Assembly: GCA_028826165.1 (NCBI GenBank)
Contig: JAPDFW010000087.1
Coordinates: 186,001 to 250,000 of the forward strand
Direction: 5' to 3'
Source: Anaeramoeba ignava BMAN
Lineage: Eukaryota; Protista; Anaeramoebae
Length of the DNA stretch: 64,000 nucleotides
This document shows, in pieces, positions 50,027-62,000 of the stretch. The notes beneath the pieces were generated by a model. The model was not told the DNA's origin and did not search any database. It saw nothing but the letters and a program-made list of their open reading frames with translations. The first letter of the stretch is position 1. Each line of letters opens with the position of its first letter. The position numbers were made by a program, and so were the translations under genes.

Positions 50027-51775
50027 ATGAATGAAATTATATTTTTTGGTAGAAATCTATATCCAAAACTTATCAAAAATGAACCAGATATAATAACAAA
50101 ACCAATTCAATTTAAATTTGAAAATGAAAATGAAAATGAAAATGAAAAACAAATTAAACAAATTTTTTCAGGTTATTCTGGAACATTTTTCCTTTTTAAA
50201 AATGGGAAATTAATACAATACTTGAAATGTTTAGATTTAAATAAAAATATACAAACAATTAAAATTCAAATTGAAAATATTCAAAAAGTATCTCCTGGTA
50301 GTAATAATGTAGCTATTTTAACAATAGAAGGAAATGTATTTGCAAAAGGAGAAGATATTAATCCAAATGAATTTATCAATATTTCATCATTAATTGAAGA
50401 TAAAAATGATAGAATAATTGAAGATATTGTTTCTGGAAAAAATTCAATTTACTTATTAACTTCAAATCAAAATGCTTATGGAATTGGTTCAAATCAATAT
50501 GGTCAACTTGGTTTAGATTATGAAACATTTAAAGAAACAAAACCAATTTTAATAATGAAAAATGTTTCTAAAATATTTTCAGGAAGTTCTTCAATTCATA
50601 TTTTTCTTTTAAATTCAAATCAAGAATTATTTGGATGCGGAATCAATTATAATTCCAAACTTGGATTAGGAGAATCAAGAAAAAAAGAAATCAAAATCAA
50701 TAAACTAACCAAAATCCAAAATATTCCAAAAGGCAAAATAATTGATATCCAATCTGGATATTCTTTTTCAATAATGTTGATTGAAAATGAAAATGAAAAT
50801 CCAAAAAGAAAACTTTATTCATGTGGAGATTATCAATGTAATGGACTTGGAAAAGATGAAGATACTTATGAATTTACTGAAATCAAATCACCTTTATTTG
50901 AAAATGATGATGGTATTCTCGATTTTTCTGTTGGTAATTTCCATACTTTGATTTTAACTTACAAATCAAAATTGATTGGATTTGGAATTAATGATTTTGG
51001 TCAATTAGGAAATAAAGATAGAAATCAATCTCAACCAATTCCAATTCAAATTGAACTTCCTGAATTAAGATTTAATAAAGATATTTTCAATTATCATATT
51101 CTTTGTAGAAATGAAAAATCATTTATTTATTATTCTCCTCCTTCTTTTTCTAATCTTGAAGAAGATTTGATAAAATTATTTGAAAGAAAAGAATTTTGTG
51201 ATATTTCATTTAAAACCAAAAATGGAGAAATAATCAAAGCTCATAAATTAATATTGAAATATAGATTAAATCAAAATGAAAATCAAATTGAAAAACTTCA
51301 AGAAATTATTTCAAAGAAACCAATTAAAGAATCAAATCAAATATTTGAAATGATTTATTCAAATAATTCCAAAATAAATTCAAAATTATATTCTGAAATT
51401 AAAGAAATTATAAATTCAAATGAAAAAATTGAAGAAACAATTAAAAGAATTTATTTAAATGAAAATGAAAATGAAAATGATTTTATAATTGAAAGAAAAG
51501 AAAAAGAATATAAATTTCCAAAATTAATATTAATAATGAGAAGTGAATTATATCGAGGAATGTTTTTATCTGTAACAAATGATAAATCTAATAAAGTTAA
51601 AGATTATAGTGAATTAAGTAATAAATCATTTCAAATATTTGAATATTGGATTTATTCAAATCAAATTAAAGATGGAATTCAAATTACAAAAGAAATCATT
51701 AATGAATTTAAAAAAGGAATTGATTATTTTCAATTAAATCAAACAAATCCAAATTTATTTGGATTTATTAATTAG
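50027..51775 (+). CDS. RCC1-repeat tandem-BTB protein, copy 4 (1-nt insertion near 51761 alters the last few codons)
   Basis: 582-aa ORF ending NLFGFIN instead of the paralogs' NLFDLLINKF. Confidence 0.88.
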   Translation: MNEIIFFGRNLYPKLIKNEPDIITKPIQFKFENENENENEKQIKQIFSGYSGTFFLFKNGKLIQYLKCLDLNKNIQTIKIQIENIQKVSPGSNNVAILTIEGNVFAKGEDINPNEFINISSLIEDKNDRIIEDIVSGKNSIYLLTSNQNAYGIGSNQYGQLGLDYETFKETKPILIMKNVSKIFSGSSSIHIFLLNSNQELFGCGINYNSKLGLGESRKKEIKINKLTKIQNIPKGKIIDIQSGYSFSIMLIENENENPKRKLYSCGDYQCNGLGKDEDTYEFTEIKSPLFENDDGILDFSVGNFHTLILTYKSKLIGFGINDFGQLGNKDRNQSQPIPIQIELPELRFNKDIFNYHILCRNEKSFIYYSPPSFSNLEEDLIKLFERKEFCDISFKTKNGEIIKAHKLILKYRLNQNENQIEKLQEIISKKPIKESNQIFEMIYSNNSKINSKLYSEIKEIINSNEKIEETIKRIYLNENENENDFIIERKEKEYKFPKLILIMRSELYRGMFLSVTNDKSNKVKDYSELSNKSFQIFEYWIYSNQIKDGIQITKEIINEFKKGIDYFQLNQTNPNLFGFIN

Positions 51776-51959
51776 CAAATTTAATAATCAAAATCAAAAT
51801 CAAAATCAAAATCAAAACCAAAATCAAATTCAAAATCAAAATCAAAATCAAAATCAAAACCAAAATCAAAATCAAAATCAAAATCAAAATCAAAACCAAA
51901 ACCAAAATAAAAAAGGAAAATGCTTAATTTATTAAATTAATTTATTAAATCAAAATTTT

Positions 51960-52620
51960 ATTCAACTCTATTTTAAATCAAAATTTTTAATTTCAATTCT
52001 ATTTTAATTTCAATTTTAATTCTATTTTAATTTCAATTCCTATTTCAATTCCAATTTTCAATTTCAATTTTAATTCCTATTTCAATTTCAATTTCAATTT
52101 CAATTTCAATTTCAATTTTAATTCCTATTTCAGAATTTCAATTTTAATTTTAATTTCAATTTTAATTTATTTAAATTCCAATTTCAATTTCTATTTCAAT
52201 TTTAATTTTAATTTCAATTTTAATTTCAATTTATTTTAATTTCAATTTCAATTCCTATTTTAATTTTAATTTCAATTCCTATTAATTCCAATTTCAATTT
52301 TAATTTTAATTCCTATTTCAATTTCAATTTCAATTTTAATTTCAATTTCAATTCCAATTTCAATTTTAATTTCAATTTCAATTTCAATTTCAATTTCAAT
52401 TTCAATTTTAATTTTTAATTTTAATTTCAATTCTATTCAATTTCAATTTCAATTTCAATTTTTTTTAATTTTTTCAATTTTTATTTTAATTCCTATTTCA
52501 ATTTCAATTTCAATTTCAATTTCAATTTTAATTTTAATTTTAATTTCAATTTCTATTTCAATTTCAATTTTAATTTAATTTTAATTCTTATTTTTAATTT
52601 CAATTTTAATTTTAATTTCA
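51960..52620. repeat. (AATTTC/AATTTT/ATTCCT)n intergenic microsatellite
   Basis: Visible degenerate hexamer repeat. Confidence 0.85.
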
Positions 52621-53606
52621 AAATTTGATCAAATAAAAAAATTTGATGAAATGTTAATTTGAATTTTTTATTATTTGATTTAACTTTTTAAACAATTCTT
52701 TTGAATTAAATTAATTAAATTAAAAATTTTTAATTCAAAAATATAAAATCCACTTTTTTTTTTTTATTAATTAAAAAAGGAGAAAAAAATAAAAAAAGGA
52801 AATTTTCTCCTTTTAAATAAAATAAAAAAATAAAAAAAATAAAAAAATTTGATCAATGGAAAATATTTTGGATTTGAAAAGAAAATAAGGAATTATAAAA
52901 GAATTTAATAAACTCATACGTATAAAAAATTAAATAAAAATGCAAAATAAATTATTAAAAAAAAAATTAAAATAAAAATTTCTTTTTTTTTTAATTTTTA
53001 AAATGATCTTTTTAAATTAGATTATATAATTATCAATAAATAAAACTCTTTTTTAAATAAATAAAAAATTTAATTAAAAAATTTTAATTTAAAAATTTAA
53101 TTAAAAATTTAATTAAAAAGACCCCAAAAAAATAAAAGAAAATAAATTAAAAATAATAAAATAAATTAATTATTCTTTTTTTCCTTTTATTATTTTATTT
53201 TTATTTTAAATTATTTTTATTTTATATTCATATTCCGTTTTTTAATAATGATCACAATTAAATAAAAAACAATTTTAATTTAATTATTATTTTTAATTTA
53301 ATTTTTTTATTTTAATTTTTTATTTAAAAACAAAAGAAAGAAAAAAAAATTTTTTTTTTTAAATTTAAATAAATTATTTTTCAATTTCATTTATTTTTTT
53401 TCTTTTCTTCTTCTTTTATTTTCTTTTTTATTGTTTTTCTTTTTTTTAAATTTTTTTTTTTCTTATTAATTTTTTATTTAGCGATCAAAGCTTTACATTC
53501 CTAAAAAAAACAACAAAAACAAAAAAAATCCTTTCAACAAACTTTTTTTTTTTTAATTTGTTTCATCATCAATTTCTTATAAGTTTTTTTTTCTTATACA
53601 AATTAA

Positions 53607-55310
53607 ATGAATAGTCTTGATCCAAGTTTTCTTGAAGCAATTGATTTATTTATTGATAAAAAAGACACAACCGAAAAAAAAAAATCCAACACAGAACAAT
53701 TTGAACAAAAAATGAATACAAAATTGAATAGGAAAATGAATACAAAATTGAATAGGAATGCCACTGCCACTGTCAATGCCAAAACAAATGCAAATTCAAA
53801 ATTAAAAGCAAATTCAAAAGCAAATTCAAATGCAAATTCAAATGCAAATTCAAAATTAAATGCAAATTCAAATTCAAATGCAAATTCAAATGCAAATGCA
53901 AATTTCTTGCTTTCTCCTATTGAAAAATTGCTTATCAATGCTGATTATATTTCTGATGGAACTATAAATGTCAATGCAAATTCTTGTGAAAGGTCTCAAT
54001 GTCCTTGTCTTCCTAATTTAACCACACTTTCAAATCTCGGTTATCATCACTTTCTTTCTCACACTTCAAACATTCCTGCTCTTGATAATGGAGATGACAT
54101 TAGCACTTCCCCTATCAATTTCACACACAATGATGCTCAATGCGAAGTGACATTAACAACCAATCCTTCCGAGGAGCTATCAAAGTCACAGAAACTCACA
54201 AAAATTCACAATCAACATGATAATCAATCCGAATTTCGTTGCTCGATTTGCTTGACAACAGAATCTCCCAAGTGGTTTCATTCATCAAACTTTAGCAATC
54301 CAAATATCGTAGGTGAATGGGTATGCTCAGATTGCAAATCATCAGCAAAGGATTTGAAACGTTCAACTTATAACAGTTCTCTCAATGACACTGACTTTGG
54401 CATTGACAACCGCAGATCACTTCAGAGATCAAATCAACAAAAAAATCAGAAAGAAAACGAAAAATTGAATAAAAAAGTATCCCCTAAAAAAATTAATGAA
54501 AAAGTATCCCCTCAAAAAAACAATTCAAAAAAACGAATTTCGCCTTCTCCTTATTCTGATCAAAACGCAAAGATGGAAGACAAGAACTTCAAGTCGAAAA
54601 AGAAGAAACTGCGCAAAAAAACGAAGAAAAAAAAAAAGAAAAGCACAAGAGTAAAGCAAATCTTTCTGGGACTTCGTTTTCATCTGAAAATCTACACTGG
54701 CTGCCAATCCGGACTTGAAAAGAATCTGATCCAAACGTTGCAGCAACTTTTGTCTGTTCATGGCGGAATTGTTCTTGATTCCCTAGATGAACGCAATGCT
54801 GACAACGTTTACATAATAACAAATATCACACTTGAAAACGCACACAGACTGGAAAAAATTCAATTAGCAGAACTGGCAAAACAAGCTCCTGTTGTGAATG
54901 TTGGTTGGATATTTGATTGCATCAAAAGCAAAGCAATTTCTGATTATTCCAAGTTTCTTGTTTCAGAAACACTTTCGACTCTCTCAACACTTGAAACACC
55001 AAACTCTCTTTTTGATTCTCTTTCTTTTTCTTTTATCGGCGATCTAGATTGGTCCACATTTTGGAGTTCTATTATTATCTCTTCAGGAGGAAAAGTCAGT
55101 TCTGATAATGAAAATTTGGGGGATTATTTAGTTGAACAAAATCCTGTTAATTTCGACCATTCTGATGATGTTGATCCTTCTCAATCTCCAAAAGTTGATA
55201 ACCAAACCCAAATTCCTCATATATCTTTACGTCCCAAAATTAAGCGTATTAGTGTACTCAGAGTCCTTAAGGCTTTGAGTCTCAAGACAGTTGAAGAACT
55301 TGACAAATAA
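53607..55310 (+). CDS. Nuclear protein with GATA-like C4 zinc finger, basic NLS and C-terminal tandem BRCT domains
   Basis: CSICLTTESPKW-x16-CSDC; poly-K stretch; BRCT hallmarks IFLGLRFHL...HGGIVL...VVNVGWIFDC, plus a second, weaker LFDSLSF...WSSIIISSGGKV. Confidence 0.7.
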   Translation: MNSLDPSFLEAIDLFIDKKDTTEKKKSNTEQFEQKMNTKLNRKMNTKLNRNATATVNAKTNANSKLKANSKANSNANSNANSKLNANSNSNANSNANANFLLSPIEKLLINADYISDGTINVNANSCERSQCPCLPNLTTLSNLGYHHFLSHTSNIPALDNGDDISTSPINFTHNDAQCEVTLTTNPSEELSKSQKLTKIHNQHDNQSEFRCSICLTTESPKWFHSSNFSNPNIVGEWVCSDCKSSAKDLKRSTYNSSLNDTDFGIDNRRSLQRSNQQKNQKENEKLNKKVSPKKINEKVSPQKNNSKKRISPSPYSDQNAKMEDKNFKSKKKKLRKKTKKKKKKSTRVKQIFLGLRFHLKIYTGCQSGLEKNLIQTLQQLLSVHGGIVLDSLDERNADNVYIITNITLENAHRLEKIQLAELAKQAPVVNVGWIFDCIKSKAISDYSKFLVSETLSTLSTLETPNSLFDSLSFSFIGDLDWSTFWSSIIISSGGKVSSDNENLGDYLVEQNPVNFDHSDDVDPSQSPKVDNQTQIPHISLRPKIKRISVLRVLKALSLKTVEELDK

Positions 55311-55962
55311 TTCCTAGTCTTTTTTTCCGTTCCACTTTTTTTTTATTCAACTTTTTTTTTATTCAACTTTTTTTTTATTCAACTCATTGTTTTATTTTCT
55401 TTCTTTTTTTCTTTTTAGTTCCTTTTTTATTTTGTTTGTTTTTCTTTTTTTTTTGTTCTCCTTTTTTTCTTTCTTTTTTTCTTCAACTTTTTTTTGAAGT
55501 TGAGTTTGATTCAATTTCTTGGAAATTAAAAATCAAAATTGATTATTTTCTTATATTTTTAAACAAAACAATCCATTTTCCATTTTCCATTTTCTAATTT
55601 TAATTTTAATTTTAATTTTTTTAATTAATTTTCATTGTCAATAATGACGCGACAAATTAAATAAATTAAAAGCAAAAAGCAAAAAAGCAGACATGTAAAA
55701 AATTCTTTAAACAAAATCTCCATTTTATTTTAATTTCCATTTTAATTTTAATTTCCAAATTAGAAAAAAATCAGACAAGTTACATTTTTTTAAAAACAAA
55801 TACAATTTAATTTTTATTTATTTTTGATCTTTTTTATTTATTTTTTAGATCTTTTTGTTTTCATTTTTCTTTTCATATTTTTTTATTCTTTTTGTGTTTT
55901 TTAAAATAATTTATTACTTCAAATTAACCTTTATTTTTTTTTTAATTTACATTTCAAAAATA

Positions 55963-58867
55963 ATGGGAAATCAAAATATTTTTAAAATTGTTGAAAATGG
56001 AGACATCTCAAAACTTCAAAAATTACTCAAATCCAACAAATCAAAAATTAATTTAAATCAAAAAAATGAAGTAAAAATATTTCTCATCAACAAAACAAAA
56101 CAAAAAAATAAAAATAGCAAATAAAACTTATTGATTTTGTTTTTGTTTTTATAAATTTAAATAGAAAGTAAATTTTTAAAATATTTTCTTTTTCTTTTTC
56201 TTTTCTTTTCTGATCAACAAAAAAAATGGAAATAATTTTTCAAATCTTTTGTTTGTTTTTTGTTTTTGATTATTTTTTTTTTAAAAGGGAATTGGATTAT
56301 TACATATTGCAACTTTATTTGGAAATTTACAAATGGTTGAAGAGTTAATTTCAAATGAGATTGATATTAATTTAACAGGACCAGCTGTAATTAAAAATTT
56401 AATAAATAATTTAATCAATAATTTAATCAAAAATTTAATTAATAATTTAATAAATAATTTAATTAATAATTTAATAAATAATTTAATTAATAATTTAATC
56501 AATAATTTAATTAATAATTTAATAAATAATTTAATAAATAATTTAATAAATAATTTAATAAATAATTTAATCAATAATTTAATCAATAATTTAATTAATA
56601 ATTTAATTAATAATTTAATTAATATTTTAATAAATAATTTAATTAATAATTTAATTAATAATTTAATAAATAATTTAATTAATAATTTAATCAAAAATTT
56701 AATCAAAATTTAATCAAAAATTTAATCAAAAATTTAATTAATAATTTAATCAATAATTTAATAAATAATTTAATCAATAATTTAATTAATAATTTAATTA
56801 ATAATTTAATCAATAATTTAATCAATAATTTAATCAATAATTTAATCAATAATTTAATTAATAATTTAATTAAATAATTTAATCAATAATTTAATAAATA
56901 ATTTAATTAATAATTTAATCAATAATTTAATCAATAATTTAATAAATAATTTAATTAAAAATTTAATCAATAATTTAATCAATAATTTAATTAATAATTT
57001 AATCAATAATTTAATTAATAATTTAATCAATAATTTAATCAATAATTTAATTAAATAATTAATCAATAATTTAATCAATAATTTAATTAAATAATTTAAT
57101 CAATAATTTAATTAATAATTTAATCAATAATTTAATTAAAAATTTAATCAATAATTTAATCAATAATTTAATTAATAATTTAATTAAAAATTTAATAAAT
57201 AATTTAATCAAAAATTTAATTAATAATTTAATCAAAAAAAAATAATTAATTAATTAGGGAGATACAGCTCTTCATTTAAGTTGTAGATTAGGAAAATTTT
57301 CTATTTCTCAATCTTTAATTTCTTCTGGAGCAAAAACATATATTAAAAATAATGTAAAATTAATAAAAATTGAAAGAATTAAAAAAGAAGAAAAACTAAA
57401 AGATTTTTTCATTAGTTTGTAAATTTTTCAATCCAAAAATTAAAATCAAAATCAAAATTAAAATTAAAATCAAAATCAAATCAAAATTAAAATCAAAAAT
57501 CAAAATTAAAATTAAAATCAAAATCAAAATCAAAATTAAAATCAAAATTAAAATCAAAATTAAAATCAAAATTAAAATTAAAAATTAAAATCAAAATCAA
57601 AATCAAAATCAAAAATTAAAATTAAAATTAAAATTAAAATTAAAATTAAAATTAAAATCAAAATTAAAAATTAAAAAGGGAATTGCACCAATTCATGATT
57701 TATGCAATAGAAAAAAATGTAGTTTACATATACTAAAAAATTTAATTGATAATGGAGCTGATTTTAATTGTGAAACAAGAACTGTAAATATTAAAAAAAA
57801 ATTGAAAAAAAAACAAATTCAAATCCAAAATTACTTATCCTTTTTCAAAAATAAGGGATGGAAACCAATTCATTGTGCATCTTCTAATTCTTCTTTTAAA
57901 ACTGTTAAATATTTAATTCTTAGAGGAACTGATGTAAATGAGAAAGATTATCTTGTAAATTTAACAAAAAAAATTTGTTCCACTTTTTTTTTTGTTAATT
58001 CAAATTATTATTTATAAAAAAAATCAAAAAAAGGGATGGACTCCACTTCATTATTGTTCACAGATTGGAGATATTCAGAAAGCAAAAATTTTATTAAATG
58101 AAGGAGCTGAGATAAATTCTTGTGATATTGATGTAAAAAAATTGATTAAATTTATGAAAGAAACAATTTTTTTCAAATGAATTAAAATATTTTCCATTTT
58201 ATTTTATCAAAAAAAAAAACTAAAAGTTAAATACTCCACTTCATATTGCAATTTCTAATAATGTTTCTTCAGGATATATTAATTTTTTACTTTCTCAAAA
58301 AGCAGATCCAAATCATCAAGATAAAACAGTAAAAAAAAATCTCAAAAAAAAATTCCAAAAAAAAAAAAATTTTTTTCCCTAATTCTAATTTCCTTTCTTC
58401 TTTTAAAGGGTTGGACTCCAATGCATAAAGCTATTATTAGAGGAAATGTTAAAAATCTTCAAGAATTAATTCAAGCAAATGCAAATTGTGAACTAGCAAA
58501 TTTTAATGGACAAACTCCACTTCAAATTGCTCTTGAAAGAGGAAAAAAATTAATTGTTAAAACTTTAAAAGATTGGACTGAAAAAAATAAATTAAATTCT
58601 GAAAGAATTGTTGAAATTCAAGGAATCATTCCATCAAAAATTCCTAAAAATAAAATTCTTCAACATCATGTTAAAAATAAACTTAAAAAATTAAAGAAAA
58701 TCAAAAGAAATATTAGTCGATCAAATTCTCATCATTTTGATTCAATTAAAATTAAAAATCATCCAATTAAAGAAAAGATTCTTGAAAATGAAAAAATTAA
58801 TTATGAAAATGAAAATGAAATTGAAATTTTTTCCTCAATTAATTCAACTAAAATTGAAATGAATTAA
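55963..58867 (+). CDS. Ankyrin-repeat protein, one repeat per exon, with two single-codon micro-exons; exons 55963-56070, 56165-56167, 56288-56386, 57258-57353, 57416-57418, 57679-57783, 57856-57954, 58034-58132, 58227-58328, 58409-58867
   Basis: All introns are GT-AG and phase 0. Repeat exons start at the G position of GxTPLH (GIGLLH, GDTALH, GIAPIH, GWKPIH, GWTPLH, LNTPLH, GWTPMH). MG start is possibly myristoylated. Confidence 0.85.
56390..57250. repeat. 12-bp satellite (AATAATTTAATY)n filling intron 56387-57257
   Basis: Visible repeat. Confidence 0.95.
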
Positions 58868-58974
58868 ATAATGTTGTTATTTTTTTTTTGTTCCACTTTT
58901 TCTTTTTTAAATAAGATCCAAATTTTGTTTTAATAAATTTTTTTTTTATTTTTTAAAAAATGATGTATTTTTAT

Positions 58975-59078
58975 TATTTCATTTTTCATTTTTTATTTTT
59001 CATTTTTCATTTTTCATTTTTATTTTTCATTTTTCATTTTTCATTTTTCATTTTTCATTTTTCATTTTTCATTTTTTA
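58975..59078 (+). promoter_or_regulatory. Tandem array of the initiator-like motif (TTTTTCA)n directly upstream of the CWC25 ATG
   Basis: About a dozen TTTCATT units; the same motif precedes most ATGs in the window. Confidence 0.45.
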
Positions 59079-62000
59079 ATGGCTTTATCATTTCTTTCAC
59101 AAAAATCTTGGCATGTCAAAACACAAGCAAATCAAATAAAAAGATTAGAAGCAGAGAAAAGACATGAAGAAGAACAAAAAAGAATAAAAGAAATACAAAA
59201 AAGATTACACGATGAATCAGAATTAGAATCATTATCAAAATTAAAACAAATAAACCCGTAAGTAAAAAATTGAAGAAGATTTAAAATGAATTAAAAATTG
59301 ATATTTATATTTATATTTATATTTATATTTATATTTATATTTATATTTATATTTATATTTATATTTATAATTATATTTATATTTATATTTATAATTATAT
59401 TTATATTTATATTTATAATTATATTTATATTTATATTTATATTTATATTTATATTTATATTTATATTTATATTTATATTTATATTTATATTTATATTTAT
59501 AATTATATTTATATTTATATTTATATTTATATTTATATTTATATTTATATTTATATTTATATTTATATTTATATTTATATTTATATTTATATTTATATTT
59601 ATATTTATTTATATTTATATTTATATTTATATTTATATTTATATTTATATTTATATTTATATTTATATTTTATATTTATATTTATTTTATATTTATATTT
59701 ATAATTTATATTTTATTTTATATTTATATTTATATTTATAATTTATATTTATATTTATTTATAATTTTATTTATAATTATATTTATATTTATATTTATAA
59801 TTATATTTATATTTATTTTATGTTTATATTTTATATTTTATTTTATGTTTATATTTTTTATTTTATAATTTATATTTTATTTTTATTTTATATTTATATT
59901 TATATTTATATTTATATTTATATTTATATTTATATTTATATTTATATTTATATTTATATTTATATTTATATTTATATTTATATTTATATTTATATTTATA
60001 TTTATATTTATATTTATATTTATATTTATATTTATAATTATATTTATATTTATAATTATATTTATATTTATGTTTATATTTATATTTATATTTATATTTA
60101 TATTTTATATTTTTTTTTATTTATATTTTATGTTTTTATGTTTATATTTTATATTTTATATATATTTTATATTTTATATTTTATGTTTATATTTATATTT
60201 ATATTTATATTTATATTTATATTTATATTTTATAATTATATTTATATTTATATTTATATTTATATTTATATTTATATTTATATTTATATTTATATTTATA
60301 ATTATTTATATTTATATTTATATTTATATTTATATTTATATTTATATTTATATTTATATTTATATTTATAATTATATTTATATTTTATATTTATATTTTA
60401 TATTTATAATTATATTCAATTTCAAATTCAAATTAAAATATTTATATTTATATTTATATTTATATTTATATTTATGTTTATTTATATTTATAATTATATT
60501 TATATTTATATTATATTTTATTTTTATATTTTATATTTATTTTATATTTATATTTATATTTTATATTTATATTTATATTTATTTATATTTATATTTATAT
60601 TTATATTTATATTTATAATTTATATTTATATTTATAATTTATATTTATATTTATGTTTTATATTTATATTTATGTTTATATTTTATGTTTATATTTTATT
60701 TATATTTATATGTTTATATTTTTATATTTATATTTTTATTTTATATTTTTATTTATATTTTATTTTTATATTTATATTTTATATTTATATTTATATTTAT
60801 ATTTATAATTATATTTATGTTTATGTTTATATTTATATTTATATTTATATTTATATTTATATTTATATTTATATTTATATTTATATTTATATTTATATTT
60901 ATATTTATATTTATATTTATATTTATATTTATATTTATATTTATATTTATATTTATATTTAAATTTATATTTATATTTATATTTATATTTATATTTATAT
61001 TTATATTTATAATTTTTATTTTATATTTTATTTTTATTTTTATGTTTATGTTTATGTTTATTTTATATTTATATTTATATTTATATTTATATTTTATATT
61101 TTATATTTATAATTATATTTATATTTTATATTTATATTTTATATTTATATTTATATTTTATTTTATTTTTTTATATTTATATTTTATTTATATTTATTTA
61201 TGTTTAAATATTTTATATTTATATTTATTTTAGATTTATTTTTATATTTATATTTATATTTATATTTATATTTATATTTATATTTATATTTATATATTTA
61301 TATTTATATTTATATTTATATTTATATTTATATTTATATTTATATTTATATTATTTATATTTTATATTTATATTTATTATATTTTATTTATTATATTTAT
61401 ATATTTTTATATTTTATATTTATATTCATATTTCATATTCAATTTCAAATTCAATTTAAAATATTTATATTTATATTTATATTTATATTTATAATTATAT
61501 TTATATTTATATTTATATTTATATTTATAATTATATTTATATTTATATTTATATTTATATTTATATTTATATTTATATTTATATTTATATTTATATTTAT
61601 ATTTATATTTATATTTATATTTATATTTATATTTATATTTATATTTATATTTAGATTTAGATTTATATTTATATTTAGATTTATATTTAGATTTATATTT
61701 ATATTTATATTTATATTCAATTTCAAATTCAAATTAAAATATTTATATTTATATTTATAATTAAAATTAGAGAAAAACAAGAAAGAGTTGAATTTCTTTA
61801 TCAAATTCCAATGACAAATACATCAACAACAGAACAAACAGAAGAACAACTTCGAGAAGCATATCTATTAGGAAAAGAATACCAAGGAAAGAAAGAACTC
61901 ACAAACATTGAGTCAGTGCGTAAAAAACAGTTACCAGGAGCTCTCTGGGATTCTAAAGAAACAAACACAGTTCTCGATACTCAATCAAAAATTAGAGACG

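Noticed and set aside
26268-61804. Many ORFs of the [16 protein letters not shown] type (26268-27057, 28525-29151, 30311-30598, 56281-57078, 59298-61804)
   Set aside because: Stop-free readings of intronic microsatellites; the flanking exons splice across them into recognisable proteins.
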